A stretch of DNA of 64,000 nucleotides from the human T2T-CHM13v2.0 reference genome, Homo sapiens. Under the pieces are notes generated by a model. The model saw only the letters and a list, made by a program, of their open reading frames with translations, had not been told where the DNA came from and searched no databases. Shown in pieces: positions 1 to 15,462 of this stretch. Within the stretch, counting starts at the first letter, position 1; every line of letters starts with the position of its first letter. The stretch is taken from the NCBI RefSeq assembly GCF_009914755.1, contig NC_060933.1; one strand, given 5' to 3'. Position numbers and translations under genes: made by a program.

Positions 1-1298
1 AAACAAGAAACGGGGAAAGTATTCCCTATTTAATGAACGGTGCTGGGAAAACTGGCTGGCTAGCCATACGTAGAAAGCTGAAACTGGATCCCTTCCTTAT
101 GCCTTATACAAAAATTAATCCAAGACGGATTAAAGACTTAAATATTAGCCCCAAAACAATAAAAACCCTAGAAGAAAACCTAGGCGATGCCATTCAGGAC
201 ATAGGCATGGGCAAGGACTTCATGACTAAAACACCAAAAGCAATGGCAACAAAAGCCAAAATTGACAAATGGGATCTAATTAAACTAAACAGCTTCTGCA
301 CAGCAAAAGAAACTACCATAAGAGTGAACAGGCAACCTACAGAATGGGAGAACATTTTTATAATCTACCCATCCGACAAAGGGCTAATATCCAGAATCTA
401 CAATGAACTCAAACAAATTTACAAGAAAAAAATCAAACAACCCCAAGTGGGCAAAGGATACGAACAGACACTTCTCAAAAGAAGATATTTATGCAGCCAA
501 TAGACACATGAAAAAATGCTCATCATCACTGGCCATCAGAGAAATACAAATCAAAACCACATTGAGATACCGTCTCACACCAGTTAGAATGGCGGTCATT
601 AAAAAGTCAGGAAACAATAGGTGCTAGAGAGGATGTGGAGAAACAGGAACACTTTTACACTATTGGTGGGACTGTAAACTAGTTCAACCACTGTGGAAGA
701 CAGTGTGGCAATTCCTCAAGGATCTAGAACTAGAAATACCATTTGACCCAGCCATCCAATTACTGGGTATATACCCAAAGGATTATAAATCATGCTGTTA
801 TAAAGACACATGCACACGTATGTTTATTGCAGCACTATTCACAATAGCAAAGACTTGGAACCAACCCAAATGTCCAACAATGATAGACTGGATAAAGAAA
901 ATATGGCACATATACACCATGGAATACTATGCAGCCATAAAAAAGGATGAGTTCATGTCCTTTGTAGGGACATGGATGAAGCTGGAAACCATCATTCTCA
1001 GCAAACTGTCGCAAGGACAGAAAACCAAACACCACATGTTCTCACTTATAGGTGGGAACTGAACAATGAGAACACATGGACACAGGGAAGGGAACATCAC
1101 ATACCGAGGCCCGTTGTGGGGTGGGGGGAGGGGGGAGGGATAGCATTAGGAGATATACCTAATGTAAATGACGAGTTAATGGGTGCAGCACACAAACATG
1201 GCACATGTATATATGTAACAAACCTGCATGTTGTGCACATGTACCCTAGAACTTAAAGTATAATAATAAAAAAAGAAAAACAAATATTAAAAAAAAGA
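1..1298 (+). mobile_element. LINE-1 3' portion (L1PA5-like): ORF2 C-terminus, 3' UTR, A-rich tail; truncated by the window edge
   Basis: ORFs 33-1062 translate to L1 ORF2p C-terminal peptides ([33 protein letters not shown]) with frameshifts and stops; G-rich 3' UTR; ends GTACCCTAGAACTTAAAGTATAATAAT plus A-tail. Confidence 0.93.
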
Positions 1299-1885
1299 AA
1301 TTGAAGTAATAAAATGTTTAAGAAAGGCAAATGAAACCAAAATAATCGAGGCTCAGTAAGGTTAATTATTTGCAAAACTGCATAGATCATAAGATGCCAA
1401 GCCAGCATCAGAATATAGTCAGTCTGGCTCCTGGGCCTGTACCTTAACCCCTTCCCCACAACACTGCATGTGTATCCAGATGCAGTCATACATGCAAACA
1501 CAGAACCTTAGGGATGTCAAAGGTCATCACTTCTCCTTCCAGGTAGGCACACACAAGTGTAAACCCAGAAGTGCACAAGAATACATGCATGTAGCTAGAG
1601 TAGGCACACACATGTACATAGAGTATACATGTGCATGAAAAAAACACCTTATATAGGGTGCACACATGTGTATGGAAACACACATGTGCATAGGGTATAC
1701 ATATGTGCTTGAACAAACCTCCACCCCTGCTGCTGCATGGCTCTAATTCCCTTCCCAGGTGTAAGAGGCTACACCTCTGGAACCTAGGTTCCCCATAGTA
1801 ATGTTCTTCACCCCTGGGAAGACCACAGCGCCAATCCCCTCAGGGCACTGGTATGCATAGAGGACAGGCCCCTGGATCTCCCTTT

Positions 1886-2006
1886 CTTTTTTTTTATTTT
1901 ATTATTATTATACTTTAAGTTTTAGGGTACATGTGCACAACGGCAGGTTTGTTACATATGTATACATGTGCCATGTTGGTGTGCTGCACCCATTAACTCA
2001 TCATTT
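1886..2006 (-). mobile_element. Very short 5'-truncated L1PA 3' end
   Basis: Poly(T) then tatactttaagttttagggtacatgtgcacaa (reverse complement of the L1PA 3' terminus); absent from the paralogous site at about 27535. Confidence 0.88.
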
Positions 2007-3531
2007 CTCACTGTAGGTGAAGCACTGTCACATTTCTGAGGCTATATCTGCACTTCAAGAGGCCACCTTCTTCAGAGACTCAGAGCCCAAATGTAACCCT
2101 CTGGCAGCCCCCAAGCCTATTCAGGCCTCTGAATCTCCTGTCACGCCCACAGGTAGGCAGGCTGAGAGGTCTTTGGCAATGGGAACCCCGGGATCAATAT
2201 CTTCATATAATCTTCTTCCCTTTTCCTGATTTTTTTTCCTCCATCTCAAAAACCAGGAAATGTCTCTCTCTATATTTTTCTTCTTGCTCCCTTTGATAAA
2301 ATATCAGACATTTAAAGTACTTATTCTATGCAAGACACTGTTGTAGTCATTAGTCCCTGCCCTTAAAGGGTGCAGCCCACATTCTGCAACCTGAGACCCA
2401 CGGGACTATCTCCTCCAGGGAAACTGAGTTGGCAGAGGAACAAATAAACAAGAACGTCTGGACAATAAAGAGATTGAAAGCACACACTTGGAGCTGGAAT
2501 CTACCACCATCTGGCTGCGTGTCCTTAGGCAAGTCACTTTGCTTCTCTGTACTTCACTTTTGGTACCTGTAAAATGGAGTGTTGTAGAAACTAAATGACT
2601 TCATGTATATAAGGTTCTTAGAGCAGTGCTTCCATGTGTAAGTGCTGTTTAATTGCTACCCATTACATTACCATAATTGAGACTATTCATGGGAAGGAGC
2701 TGTAATAAAGTGGGTATCTCTAGACCAGAAACAACCAGATGGGGCTTTCTCAGCTCAGCTGAGGAAGACAAGATTTGTTTTCAGCAAATCCCAGTTGAAG
2801 TACCTCTGGTGGATCTGATGGCTACCAAAGGTATGTTGAGACCGAGCAAAGGCAATTATTCACAAAAGGAATCTCAATAGGCATATTTTAATCATTCATT
2901 TGCCTAGAATCTAGAATTTTAAATCTGGGAAGGGCAAGGTAATTCATCTGAACAACCTGCCATTACTAGCATAGAAATGAGGCAGATTGCTATGGGATAG
3001 GACTCCATGAACTCATGGCGGAGCTGAAACCAGAAACGTGTCCCCTGACTTTCAGCCCTGTGTTCAGTGGAATAGCCATAGCAAAACCCAGTTATAAGGT
3101 GCTCTACTCACCATGGGAATCAGAAATGGTTGTGAGGGAATATGCCAGGCTGGATTTAAGATTAGGGAGTGCCACAAGGCACAGAGGACCAGATAGGTAA
3201 GGAGAAAACTATGTCAGTGAAGGAACATGGTGTCTCCAGCAGAGAAGATATTCGAGCAACTAGACAATCTCTTGGGGACTCACGGGTGGATGAGATGACC
3301 TGGAGATTCACATTTCACCCTCACATTTCTGTAGCACAGTTAATTTTGGAGATGTCTCGTTTCTACTACCTTAAGGTATCAAAATAAGTTCATCAAATTT
3401 AATAAATATGCCAGTCTGGTGGGGGGTGTGGATAGTCACGGAGTTTTGTTTTGTTTTGTTTTTTCCTGCTAAACTAGGCAGGAAATTGGAAATTAAGCTA
3501 AGATACCACCTTCTACGGAGCCAACCTCATC

Positions 3532-3570
3532 AATGACAAAACCGCAATAACTTTTGCACCAACCTAATAG
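3532..3570. mobile_element. Half MADE1 (mariner MITE)
   Basis: aaaaccgcaataacttttgcaccaacctaata matches the MADE1/Hsmar1 terminal inverted repeat ending in TA. Confidence 0.7.
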
Positions 3571-4334
3571 ATCTGTTCCATGAGGAACTAGGCCACTTCT
3601 GCATATTCTGAGCTCCCTATCTCCGGAATGCTGAAAAGGCAAAGGTGGAAGGCACAGGGATCTAAAGCCCTGTGACTCCAAGGCAAGCAAAGCTCCCCGA
3701 TAATCCACATTGCTAGACTCCTCCTTATGACCCAGGATATGTAGCCTGTCGTTTCTGCGTTTACAGCTGCACTGATGAATACCGACTAGTCACAGGTACA
3801 TGAGGCACCAGAAAACAAACTGACAACTTGAAATTTTAACTCATTAAATTATTGAGAAAGACAGAGACAGAGCCAGGCATCCCAGAAACTAGTGATTCCA
3901 AGAAGAAAGACAAAACCAACAGTGGAGTGGAATCTAGCTGAGAACAGCCTGAGCCGGAGGAACTGGGTTCAATCCCGGATCTGAGGGACTTAAGATGTCC
4001 AGAAGAGCTTTCAACCTAAACTAAGCAGGAAATGGGAAATTAGGCTGAGATACCACCTTCTCTGGAGCCAAGAGACAGGAGGTAAAGCTCTAATCTAATA
4101 GAGGAGTAAAAACTAGGCAGAAAACAGAGATTTCAGAGAACTGAAAAGAGAAAGACTCAACCTAAAAATAACCCTGCAGAATCCCTAAATGGGACATACC
4201 GCTGAAAGGGGCCTATGCACTCAACACTGCCAATCCGGGTGTCTTACAGGTACCTTAAGGTATCAAGGTATTCTCAGACTCCCAATGAGGAGAGAGTAGA
4301 AAGGGAGAAGCTGGATTTTCAAAAACATGTGCCC

Positions 4335-4643
<309 letters not shown>

Positions 4644-5534
4644 AAAAACATGGGCCCAGGAGAGATCCTAAGGTCAGGTACTGGTGCTGCAAAATCAGAG
4701 AACTGTTGTTGATTCAAGATCTGAGAGAGCTGAGGTCCAAAGTCCCCTATAGCCTGTCCTCTCTGAAGTCTAGGAGGAGAGGAGAGGATATGACTTTGTG
4801 GAATGGGAAGCAGAAATGGGAGTAGGAAGGAAGGAAATTGAAAGGATTCCAATACGTAGGAGCGAAGGATAGAGTGGAAGAAGTGGGTCAGCAAGGAGGC
4901 TGAAGGCACTTGGCAATAAGACGACCTCTGTTGGCAGAGGACACACCAGCTTAGTTCCCTACTACACATGTACAGTTTGAGGAAGAGGTGTGATAGAGCA
5001 GTTTAAAACATAATTTGCAGTCAGTGTGCCTGGGTTTGAATCCTAGATATACCACTCACTGTGACTCTCTGAATTTCAGCCTCCTTTGTTATAAAGAGGG
5101 ACATAGTGGTACTTAAAACATAGTGTTATTGTGAGAATTAAATGAGACAAATGTTAAATACAGACTCTGTCTAATAAATGTTAGCTGCATTTTTCCAGTT
5201 TAGTCACTTTCCAACTGTCTTTGCTTATTTAGGGAAGCAGAAGCATGGATAATGGGTAGCTTTCCACCAGCACACTGCCCACCCAGCATTGTTAATCCAA
5301 TTTGGGAAGTGCATACTTGCTGCTAGTGTGTACTCCCTGGTTTCATGTGGACCAGTGGCTAAGAGAAGGACACTACACAAATGATGAGGAAGCAAGGAAA
5401 GGAGAAATAACCTGAGATGACAAATGTCCACAATGTGAAAATTCCAATAGAGAAAGATGAGAAGTATAGAAATAGTCCACATTTCCTGTCTATCAAGGAA
5501 GAGAGTAAATACCTTTTCAGGTGAGATGATGTGA

Positions 5535-5854
5535 TTTTTTTAAACCTTATAGAAATTTATATTTATTAAATCCCTCAACATTTCTTTTTTTTTATTTTAA
5601 TGGCATATTTAATTCAGTGAGTACATGTAGAATTGGCATCCTGACATTTTCTTTAATTTTCTTTATTATTATTATTATTATTATACTTTAAGTTTTAGGG
5701 TACATGTGCACAATGTGCAGGTTAGTTACATATGTATACATGTGCCACGCTGGTGTGCTGCACCCACTAACTCGTCATTTAGCATTAGGTATATCTCCTA
5801 ATGCTATCCCTCCCCCCTCCCCCCACCCCACAACAGTCCCCAGAGTGTGATGTT
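5535..5854 (-). mobile_element. Short young L1 (L1PA2/3-like) 3' end with 3'-transduced sequence
   Basis: L1 3' UTR reverse complement at about 5662-5854, then about 125 bp of non-L1 sequence with two further T-runs; the whole segment is absent from the paralog (29920-29945). Confidence 0.85.
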
Positions 5855-6664
5855 AAAAGGCTTAGAAAGACTCCCAGGCCTTTCTGGTTCTTCCCACCAC
5901 TAACAAGACTCATCATTAAAATGTCATTTCTCTAGCTTATTGTTTGAGCAATAATACTAACCACGTGTATTAGGGTTTGACAAACTGTCACTCAACTGTC
6001 ACTTGAGTCTCCAAATGACAGTGGCAGGCGGGGAAGAACAGCACACACACAAAAATCAGCCTCTACCCCACACACACACCCCATCTTATTAATAGATATA
6101 CAGAACTGTAATGACTTGCCCAAGACATGAGAAAATATACAATGTTGTCAGATCCAGTTAAACGGGAAGGGACTAAGCTACTACCTCTGAGGCAAACATC
6201 ACACTGATCTTAGAAACTCCAAGTTCAAGTCCAAAGGAAATCATAGCCCTTCACCCCCAGCAAACACAATGTCCCAGGAGTGAGGCTGAAAGAGACAGAG
6301 AAGAAACTGGGGAAAGAGTCCAGAGAGTCAAATAGATACATTCCCCAGGAGTAGGATGAAGGGTAGTTATCTCGGGTTGTAAGTATCTATTAAGATTTTC
6401 AATGTTTATAAATTCCAACTTTGCAATTTGTATCTCAGAATCTATTCCACGCCTTAGAAATTATCTGATGAGTGCAATACACACAAAAACATCCATTGTA
6501 ACAGTCTGTGGGGGATAGTATGGCTCCAATACAATATATAGTGTGCATATAGATCTATGGAGAGAAAAAGTTGGCTGGGGGATGAAATTGTTCAGAACTT
6601 TCACCCTTTTAATTATAAAATTCATGTAAAAAATCACGTGTTCATTATTTTTAAATACAAGCAA

Positions 6665-6815
6665 TATAATCTTACCACACCAAAAAAATGATAACTATGT
6701 GAGAGAGCACATATGTTAAATAGCTCAATTTAGCCATTCCACAATGTATACATATTTCAAAACATCATGTTGTGCACTATAGATATATACAACTTTTGTC
6801 CATTAAATAAATAAA
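6665..6815 (+). mobile_element. L1MA-type 3' end fragment
   Basis: ttagccattccacaatgtatacatatttcaaaacatcatgttgt...aataaa is typical of the L1MA 3' UTR; absent from the paralog at about 31065. Confidence 0.7.
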
Positions 6816-9269
6816 TATATATGTAATATAAAGTTAAATGTGGAAGTTACTTCTCACACCAACCCACTTCAAGAGGCAGCCATATACACATAAACACACA
6901 CACCAAAGTAAACACAATATATAAGAGTTATTTTTTGTTACAAAAATAGGATTATTCTATATGCATTGTTCTGCAACTTACTTTTGTCACTTAGTAAAAC
7001 ATCAAACAGTGGTATAATAGTGATGGCATCACTTGGCAATAAATGGCTCCAGCTCTGCCATCAGACTGCCTGAATTCAAATTTCAGCTCTACCACTTACT
7101 CATGGCGGGATCTGGTAAGTTACTCAACTTGGCTAAACTCTAACTTTTAATCTATAAAATTGGAATATAGTGCCTATCACTTAGGATTTGGGGAGAATAC
7201 AGTGATTTTTAAAAACAGACAAAGCACCTAGCTCAGTATGTGGCATGTACTGAGTGCTAATAATTGTTGGCTAACATGAACCATCTTATTTCTTTAGAGA
7301 GTGCATGCTATTGAGTAACAGGAACTGCACCATAAATTGTTTAGTCTTTCACCTACATGTGCATATTGAGATTGTTCCCTCTATGGGTTGCTTTGTTTAT
7401 TTGGTTGGTTTGGTTGGTATTACAAGCAACACATACTGTGTACTACACAAATATGACTACTTCTAAAGGATAGAGTGCTATAAGTAGAATCATTGGATAA
7501 AGAGATGCAGATTTCCAACTCTTGACAGAGATGGCCAAAAGGCCTACACTGATTCACACTTTCAGCATATGTGAAGGTCTATTTTCCTTTGGATATGATC
7601 CCCAAAAATGTAGTGCCAATCTGATAACTTATTTTTATTTGTGAGTTACAAAGAAGTTTAGGCTTATTTTTTCCCAAATGTTCCAGTTGTCATAAATAGC
7701 ATTTATTTTATAGCCCATTCTTTTTCCATTGCTATGAAATAAATCTTTATTATATGTTAAGTTTAATATAGATCATGATCTAAATATAGGCATATAGATA
7801 TACAAAATGCTTTATATTGGTCAGTTTTTTATTTTTCCCTATGTGTGTCATTATCTTATTGATTATCAATATACTGTGCTTTTATGTGGGGTTAAAAAAG
7901 TTTCCCATCATTATTCTAATGTTTCCAAAATAATGTTGTCTGTCTCTAGCCATGTAATACTCTAGATGAATTTTAGAATAATCTTTTCAACTTCCATTAA
8001 AAATTCCCTTCAGGTCTTATTAGAAGTACACTGAATTTTATTAATAAGGATTCATATTTTAAAATATAGTCTTCCTTTTCAGGAGTATAGTTCTCCACAT
8101 ATTCAGATATTCATTTTGTGTTCTATTATAGTTTCTTCTGATAGGTCTTACTCATTCTTTTATTTTGTCCCTCAGGTTAATTTCTAAGTATCACTTAGAC
8201 TTTCTTGCCATTATCAATTGAAACCTTTTCTTCATTACATTTGTCTAATACAGAAAGATAATTAATACTTTTAGTTTTATAGCGCATCTGGCCACTGGTG
8301 AAATTGCCATAGGTTTTAAAAGATTTTCAAATAATTATCTTGAATTTTTTGGTACACAATCGTGCCACAAAAAAATGACATTTTCTTCTTTTTTAATGTT
8401 TATGCCTCCTGATGCTTTAGTTTTGCTTTGTTACTCACTCAGTCAACCATCTCAGCAATGTAGCTTAATATTGGTCATAGGGCTATCTTTGCCTTCTCTT
8501 TCCATGATATTGGTGGAAATAGGACTCTTACAGTCTATGTTTTATAGTCCTGCAATATTTGAATGTTGAGAATGAGGACTTCATAGTGTTTTAACCAGAA
8601 AAATTAATATATTCAAAGAACTAATCTTGCTTACATAGGCTATTTCTGGGAGTACTCTAATTTTAACTGGTATCCTTGGGCCAAAAGATGATAAAGCATC
8701 AGATCATATTAGCCAAAGAGAAATGCTTAAATAAACATTAGAAATGTTTTTCTGAAGATGAAAGAAAGTATTATCTGAATTCTGCAATTACCAAGGAGCC
8801 TTGATTAATTCTGTTGCTTAGTTTTGTTCTATCCCAACTACTACTACCATCTATGGACCTATGAGCAAGAGAGAATGCTGAAAGAGATAACTTCATTCAT
8901 AGGGATTCCTTGTATGACAGCATTCTAATTCTAAGTAGAATCCAGCAACCTCTTCCCCGGGACAAAAAAGACAATAATAAGACTAAGGAGATGGTCAAGA
9001 AACAACCTCAGAATAATCTTTACAAAAGGAAATGAGAAGAACTCAAACAAATTAGGCCACATAGAAGTTCCTATGAGCACATGGAAAACCTTTAGTTTCT
9101 AATTTAGAAGACAGCTTGGCATCCTTTAACTTTTCTTTTGTTGAATTTTACTATCTGTTTCTATGTAGTTTCAGAATTAAATGTTCTTTCGAAGTATAAT
9201 AGCAGTAAGATTTTTAAAATAGATTTGAGGTGGGGAAGAAGCTGTCTTGGTCAAACTGTCCTTTACATC

Positions 9270-9299
9270 TCTCCCATTGCTTCTCTAAACCCTATCCAG
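9270..9299 (+). promoter_or_regulatory. Putative splice acceptor of the OR1L4 coding exon
   Basis: Pyrimidine-rich tract ending cctatccAG, 13 nt before the ATG; same arrangement in OR1L6; OR genes typically have spliced 5' non-coding exons. Confidence 0.6.
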
Positions 9300-9312
9300 G
9301 AAGTCCAGAGAC

Positions 9313-10248
9313 ATGGAGACAAAGAATTATAGCAGCAGCACCTCAGGCTTCATCCTCCTGGGCCTCTCTTCCAACCCTAAGCTGCAGAAACCTCTCTTTG
9401 CCATCTTCCTCATCATGTACCTACTCACTGCGGTGGGGAATGTGCTCATCATCCTGGCCATCTACTCTGACCCCAGGCTCCACACCCCTATGTACTTTTT
9501 TCTCAGCAACTTGTCTTTCATGGATATCTGCTTCACAACAGTCATAGTGCCTAAGATGCTGGTGAATTTTCTATCAGAGACAAAGATTATCTCTTATGTG
9601 GGCTGCCTGATCCAGATGTACTTCTTCATGGCATTTGGGAACACTGACAGCTACCTGCTGGCCTCTATGGCCATCGACCGGCTGGTGGCCATCTGCAACC
9701 CCTTACACTATGATGTGGTTATGAAACCATGGCATTGCCTACTCATGCTATTGGGTTCTTGCAGCATCTCCCACCTACATTCCCTGTTCCGCGTGCTACT
9801 TATGTCTCGCTTGTCTTTCTGTGCCTCTCACATCATTAAGCACTTTTTCTGTGACACCCAGCCTGTGCTAAAGCTCTCCTGCTCTGACACATCCTCCAGC
9901 CAGATGGTGGTGATGACTGAGACCTTAGCTGTCATTGTGACCCCCTTCCTGTGTACCATCTTCTCCTACCTGCAAATCATCGTCACTGTGCTCAGAATCC
10001 CCTCTGCAGCCAGGAAGTGGAAGGCCTTCTCTACCTGTGGCTCCCACCTCACTGTAGTGGTCCTGTTCTATGGGAGTGTCATCTATGTCTATTTTAGGCC
10101 TCTGTCCATGTACTCAGTGATGAAGGGCCGGGTAGCCACAGTTATGTACACAGTAGTGACACCCATGCTGAACCCTTTCATCTACAGCCTGAGGAACAAA
10201 GATATGAAAAGGGGTTTGAAGAAATTAAGACACAGAATTTACTCATAG
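9313..10248 (+). CDS. OR1L4: Olfactory receptor family 1 subfamily L member 4 (class II OR, 311 aa, intact)
   Basis: Single-exon 7TM ORF with OR motifs LHTPMYFFLSNLS, MAIDRLVAIC, HFFCD, KAFSTCGSHL, PMLNPFIYSLRN; N-glycosylation site NYS; N-terminus METKNYSS and C-terminus LRHRIYS recognised as OR1L4. Confidence 0.95.
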   Translation: METKNYSSSTSGFILLGLSSNPKLQKPLFAIFLIMYLLTAVGNVLIILAIYSDPRLHTPMYFFLSNLSFMDICFTTVIVPKMLVNFLSETKIISYVGCLIQMYFFMAFGNTDSYLLASMAIDRLVAICNPLHYDVVMKPWHCLLMLLGSCSISHLHSLFRVLLMSRLSFCASHIIKHFFCDTQPVLKLSCSDTSSSQMVVMTETLAVIVTPFLCTIFSYLQIIVTVLRIPSAARKWKAFSTCGSHLTVVVLFYGSVIYVYFRPLSMYSVMKGRVATVMYTVVTPMLNPFIYSLRNKDMKRGLKKLRHRIYS

Positions 10249-10413
10249 AAAGAACAAAATGTTGGCATGTCAAAATCAGGACATGACCTAAAAGATTATT
10301 ATCAGTTTATCCTCCCTTCCTAACCCTTTTCCACATGGCATTCAAAGAGGTCATGAAAAGTGGTGTTGGATATCAGTAAGAGAATTAACCTGGGAGCAAA
10401 ACACTCAGTTTCT

Positions 10414-11810
<1,397 letters not shown>

Positions 11811-12361
11811 AAAACACTCAGATTCTATCCATGACTTTGACCAAATACATATTTAATCTCAGGCTAGGTACTGATAGGAATCCATATTTTAGGAAAACCA
11901 CTTCAGCTATCCTCAATAGACTAGCTTCCATATGGTAAAATAAAGCTTTTCTACAAATACGTCTTCTATATGCCTGACAATGGGTCCCAGTCAAGGAGTT
12001 ATAAATCCTGTTAGTCTTCAGAAGTGGAAACCACATGGATTTGGTAGGAAATTGGAAAGAACTTTTTGGAAAAGTGACATAAGCTTATCCTTAAAATAGA
12101 CTGAATTTTGACAAAGGAAGTTCCAAAGGATGAGGAAATGGCCAACGCATTTCACATAGTAAAAACCAGCCAAGCACACAGAGGCAATACATTTTGGAAT
12201 ATTTTTTAGAAACACTGAAAAACCCTGTGAGTCTTATTCAGTTTGAGGGTAAGGACAATCCAATCGAACAGATAGAATGATCCAAAAAGAATATTTACTC
12301 CACCCCCCAACACCAAAGTGTCATGACAGTATGAGTTCTCAGTACCCTACCCCTTTTCCCT

Positions 12362-12690
<329 letters not shown>

Positions 12691-12764
12691 TCCTTTTTAA
12701 TTCCTCTGTTCTTATGTCCAGCATCCTCACTAAGCTACCCTTTATATCTTAGAAAAAGCCATGT

Positions 12765-13166
12765 TTGTCAGTCAGGATAAGCTAGGATATACTGTGGAAA
12801 TAAACAATCTCCAGTTGGATCTTAAAACTAAAGGTTATTATAATTTTCCCTAAACATCCACCATAGAAAAATATAAGGATGCTGCTCATTTTAACCAATC
12901 AGGGGTCCAAAATGGTAGATCAGGCACCACTGTGAACATTGATCATCATTCTGTCAGAAGCTGAGAAAGACACTGGAAGATTTTACATTGCCAACTAAAT
13001 ATTCTAGTCCAGAAGTGACCCACGCCACTTCTGACCATAACTTATCGTCCAAAACACATCCCATGACCCCACTCAAACACAAGGGAGCCAGAAGGCACAA
13101 TCCAACCAGGTGCCTCTAAGATGGAGAGGCAGAAGTATTTGATGAATAGCATTAATGACTGCTACA
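12765..13166. mobile_element. Ancient MaLR LTR (MLT1-like), shared with the paralog (about 37236-37645)
   Basis: tgtcagtcaggataagctagg ... ccagaagtgacc...cacttctg ... aatgactgctaca pattern typical of MLT1K/L. Confidence 0.55.
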
Positions 13167-15462
13167 TAGCTCTATTAACACACAAACATATCAATGTACA
13201 TCAGGTGCTTTATTAATCCTCCCTAATGATGTTATTGTCAATAAAAATAGTCATGTAGGAAAATTTCTGCCTCAATTATTTCAGCAAGTTTTCACAACCA
13301 CCAGCTTTTCTGGGTCGCAGGCTTGTTAATGGCAGGACTTGAAGTTGAATACAAGTCTTTTGGCCTTAAAGATATAGCAAGAGGTGTGTAACGGTCTTAT
13401 GGAACACAGGGACACCTAGCCTACAACATCAGGGTTCCATTCCTGTCACCCTTTTCACTAAATCCTCCTAATTATAAGGAAGTAACCAGCAAGCCAGAAA
13501 AGCTAATTTGCAGTAGCCTCTGTATTCGTTTAAGCACACCTGACTTTCACCACTATCTCCCACCAATCACTTGATTTTGAGATGCTGGCCTAGAAGACAT
13601 ATTTACTTTCTATTTCCTTTATTTATATGTCATAGTTTTCTCATACTCAACTAAGTGCCATAGCAACTTTAGAATGTGAGAATTCCTGGCATATATTAAT
13701 AAATAAATTCACTAATTACAGCCTACAATAATTTTTAAAGCTAATTAAGCCCTTTGACCCCAAGAATCATAACTTTTATTTTTCAGTTCTGAGATCGGCC
13801 TGACTTTTTTTCCTCAACAAGTGCATGGCCACTAAAAAAAATCACGATTTTTTTTAATGAAAAACTTTAAGATATTCCCAGAAATTCAAACTAAAAGAAA
13901 TTCTAAATAACAAGTGACCATGAGATAGCACTTTGGGATAAAAAAAGTTTCCAGTCTACCCCTTTGGTAAATCCTAAACTTCTCAGTTGGAATTGGAGGA
14001 TTCTCTGTCAGGATATGATGCCAGTTTCCCCAAGTCACAATAAGGGACTGTCAGTGGGTAAGAAGCATCTGAAGACTTTAATAAGATTTTTTCTTTTCAA
14101 ACATGAGAGCCCAGATGTTAACTCAGAAATGTGCTAATAAGCATCAGTAAGAGGAAAAAAAAATCTTTCTTGAAGGTAGATATAATCAGAAGAAGGGTCT
14201 ACGCAGACCTCTGAGCATCTTGCCACATCAGGTGGAATGCTAGAATACAATAGAATAATAATACTATAAGCCTGTCCTTTGTTAAAAGAATTATAAATGT
14301 ATTGAGTCCTTTTAGTGCAAGTTCATTTCAAAAACATAAATATTAGAGATTTTGCTCAATACTGAACTAAAAAAAAAATCCAGCTCATTGAACATATGTT
14401 GCCTGTCTATTAGAGCAAATGATATCAACTAGGAACACTGTGTAGCATGAGTTCTGAGGAGAATGTGAGAGAAGAATAAAAAGTATTTCTGGCATTGAAA
14501 AGTTTGATAGAGAATATATTATTGAGGGGGACTTAATAGGAATAGTCACAGAATCCAAGAAAAGAGGAAGCTTCAAGAGGCAGGGGCTATTAATAAGTGA
14601 CCAAATATGATGAAAGTTTAATAAGCAAAGTAAGCCTGAAGATTGTTCATTGGCTTTAATGATATGGTGGTCATTGATGCCCTTGGTGAATTGGCAATGG
14701 AGAAATGGAAAAGGAGCCAGATTGGAATATGTTAAGGAATAAATGGAGGTGAGAATCTGGAGACAGTGATTATAATTTGTGTCAATGTTGTTCTATTGTT
14801 TTGTGGCTTGCATTGCTTCTAAAGAGAAATCAGCTATCATTTTTATCTTTGTTTCCCTCTTAGGTAAATTGTTTTTTTGTCCTGGCTGATTTTATTTTTG
14901 GTTTTTAACAATTTGACTATAGCTCAGCTGTATATGGAATTATTTATGTTTATCTGGCTTGGGGTTTATTGAGCTTCTTGGATCTTGGAAAGATATTTTT
15001 CTTCACATTTGGAAAAATTTAGTCCAATGTTTATTCAAATATCATTTTGCCCCAAACTCTCTCCTCTCTTTGTGGGGCTCTAATTATATGATTGTTAGAC
15101 CTTGGAGGGCAGCTTAGATTTTTTAATCCCTCTAAGTAGCCTCATGAAAATGGGACAACTAGAACACTAAAACAAGAACAACTTGAAGACACAAAGAATT
15201 CCCATAAATCCCCAAATACAGGAAGCTAGAGACAAATAACCAACAGTTACATGATCCATATGTTTTTAGAATCTGCGCAGGAGGAAACAGAGGCAACCAA
15301 CAGTATCTACCTGAGCTGAGAATAGGAAAAACCCAAGTATTAATTAGCAAGTACTCACCAAAATTTGTTGTGGGCCAATTTAGGAACAGAAGTTAAGGCT
15401 TAAAAGGGTTTTGCCCATTCAACAATAGTGAATGTCTAATGATGTCAGAGCAATCTAGGCCT

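Noticed and set aside
1480-1720. His/Cys/Val-rich ORFs (also 27173-27563)
   Set aside because: Translation of low-complexity alternating purine-pyrimidine (CA/TA/TG) sequence
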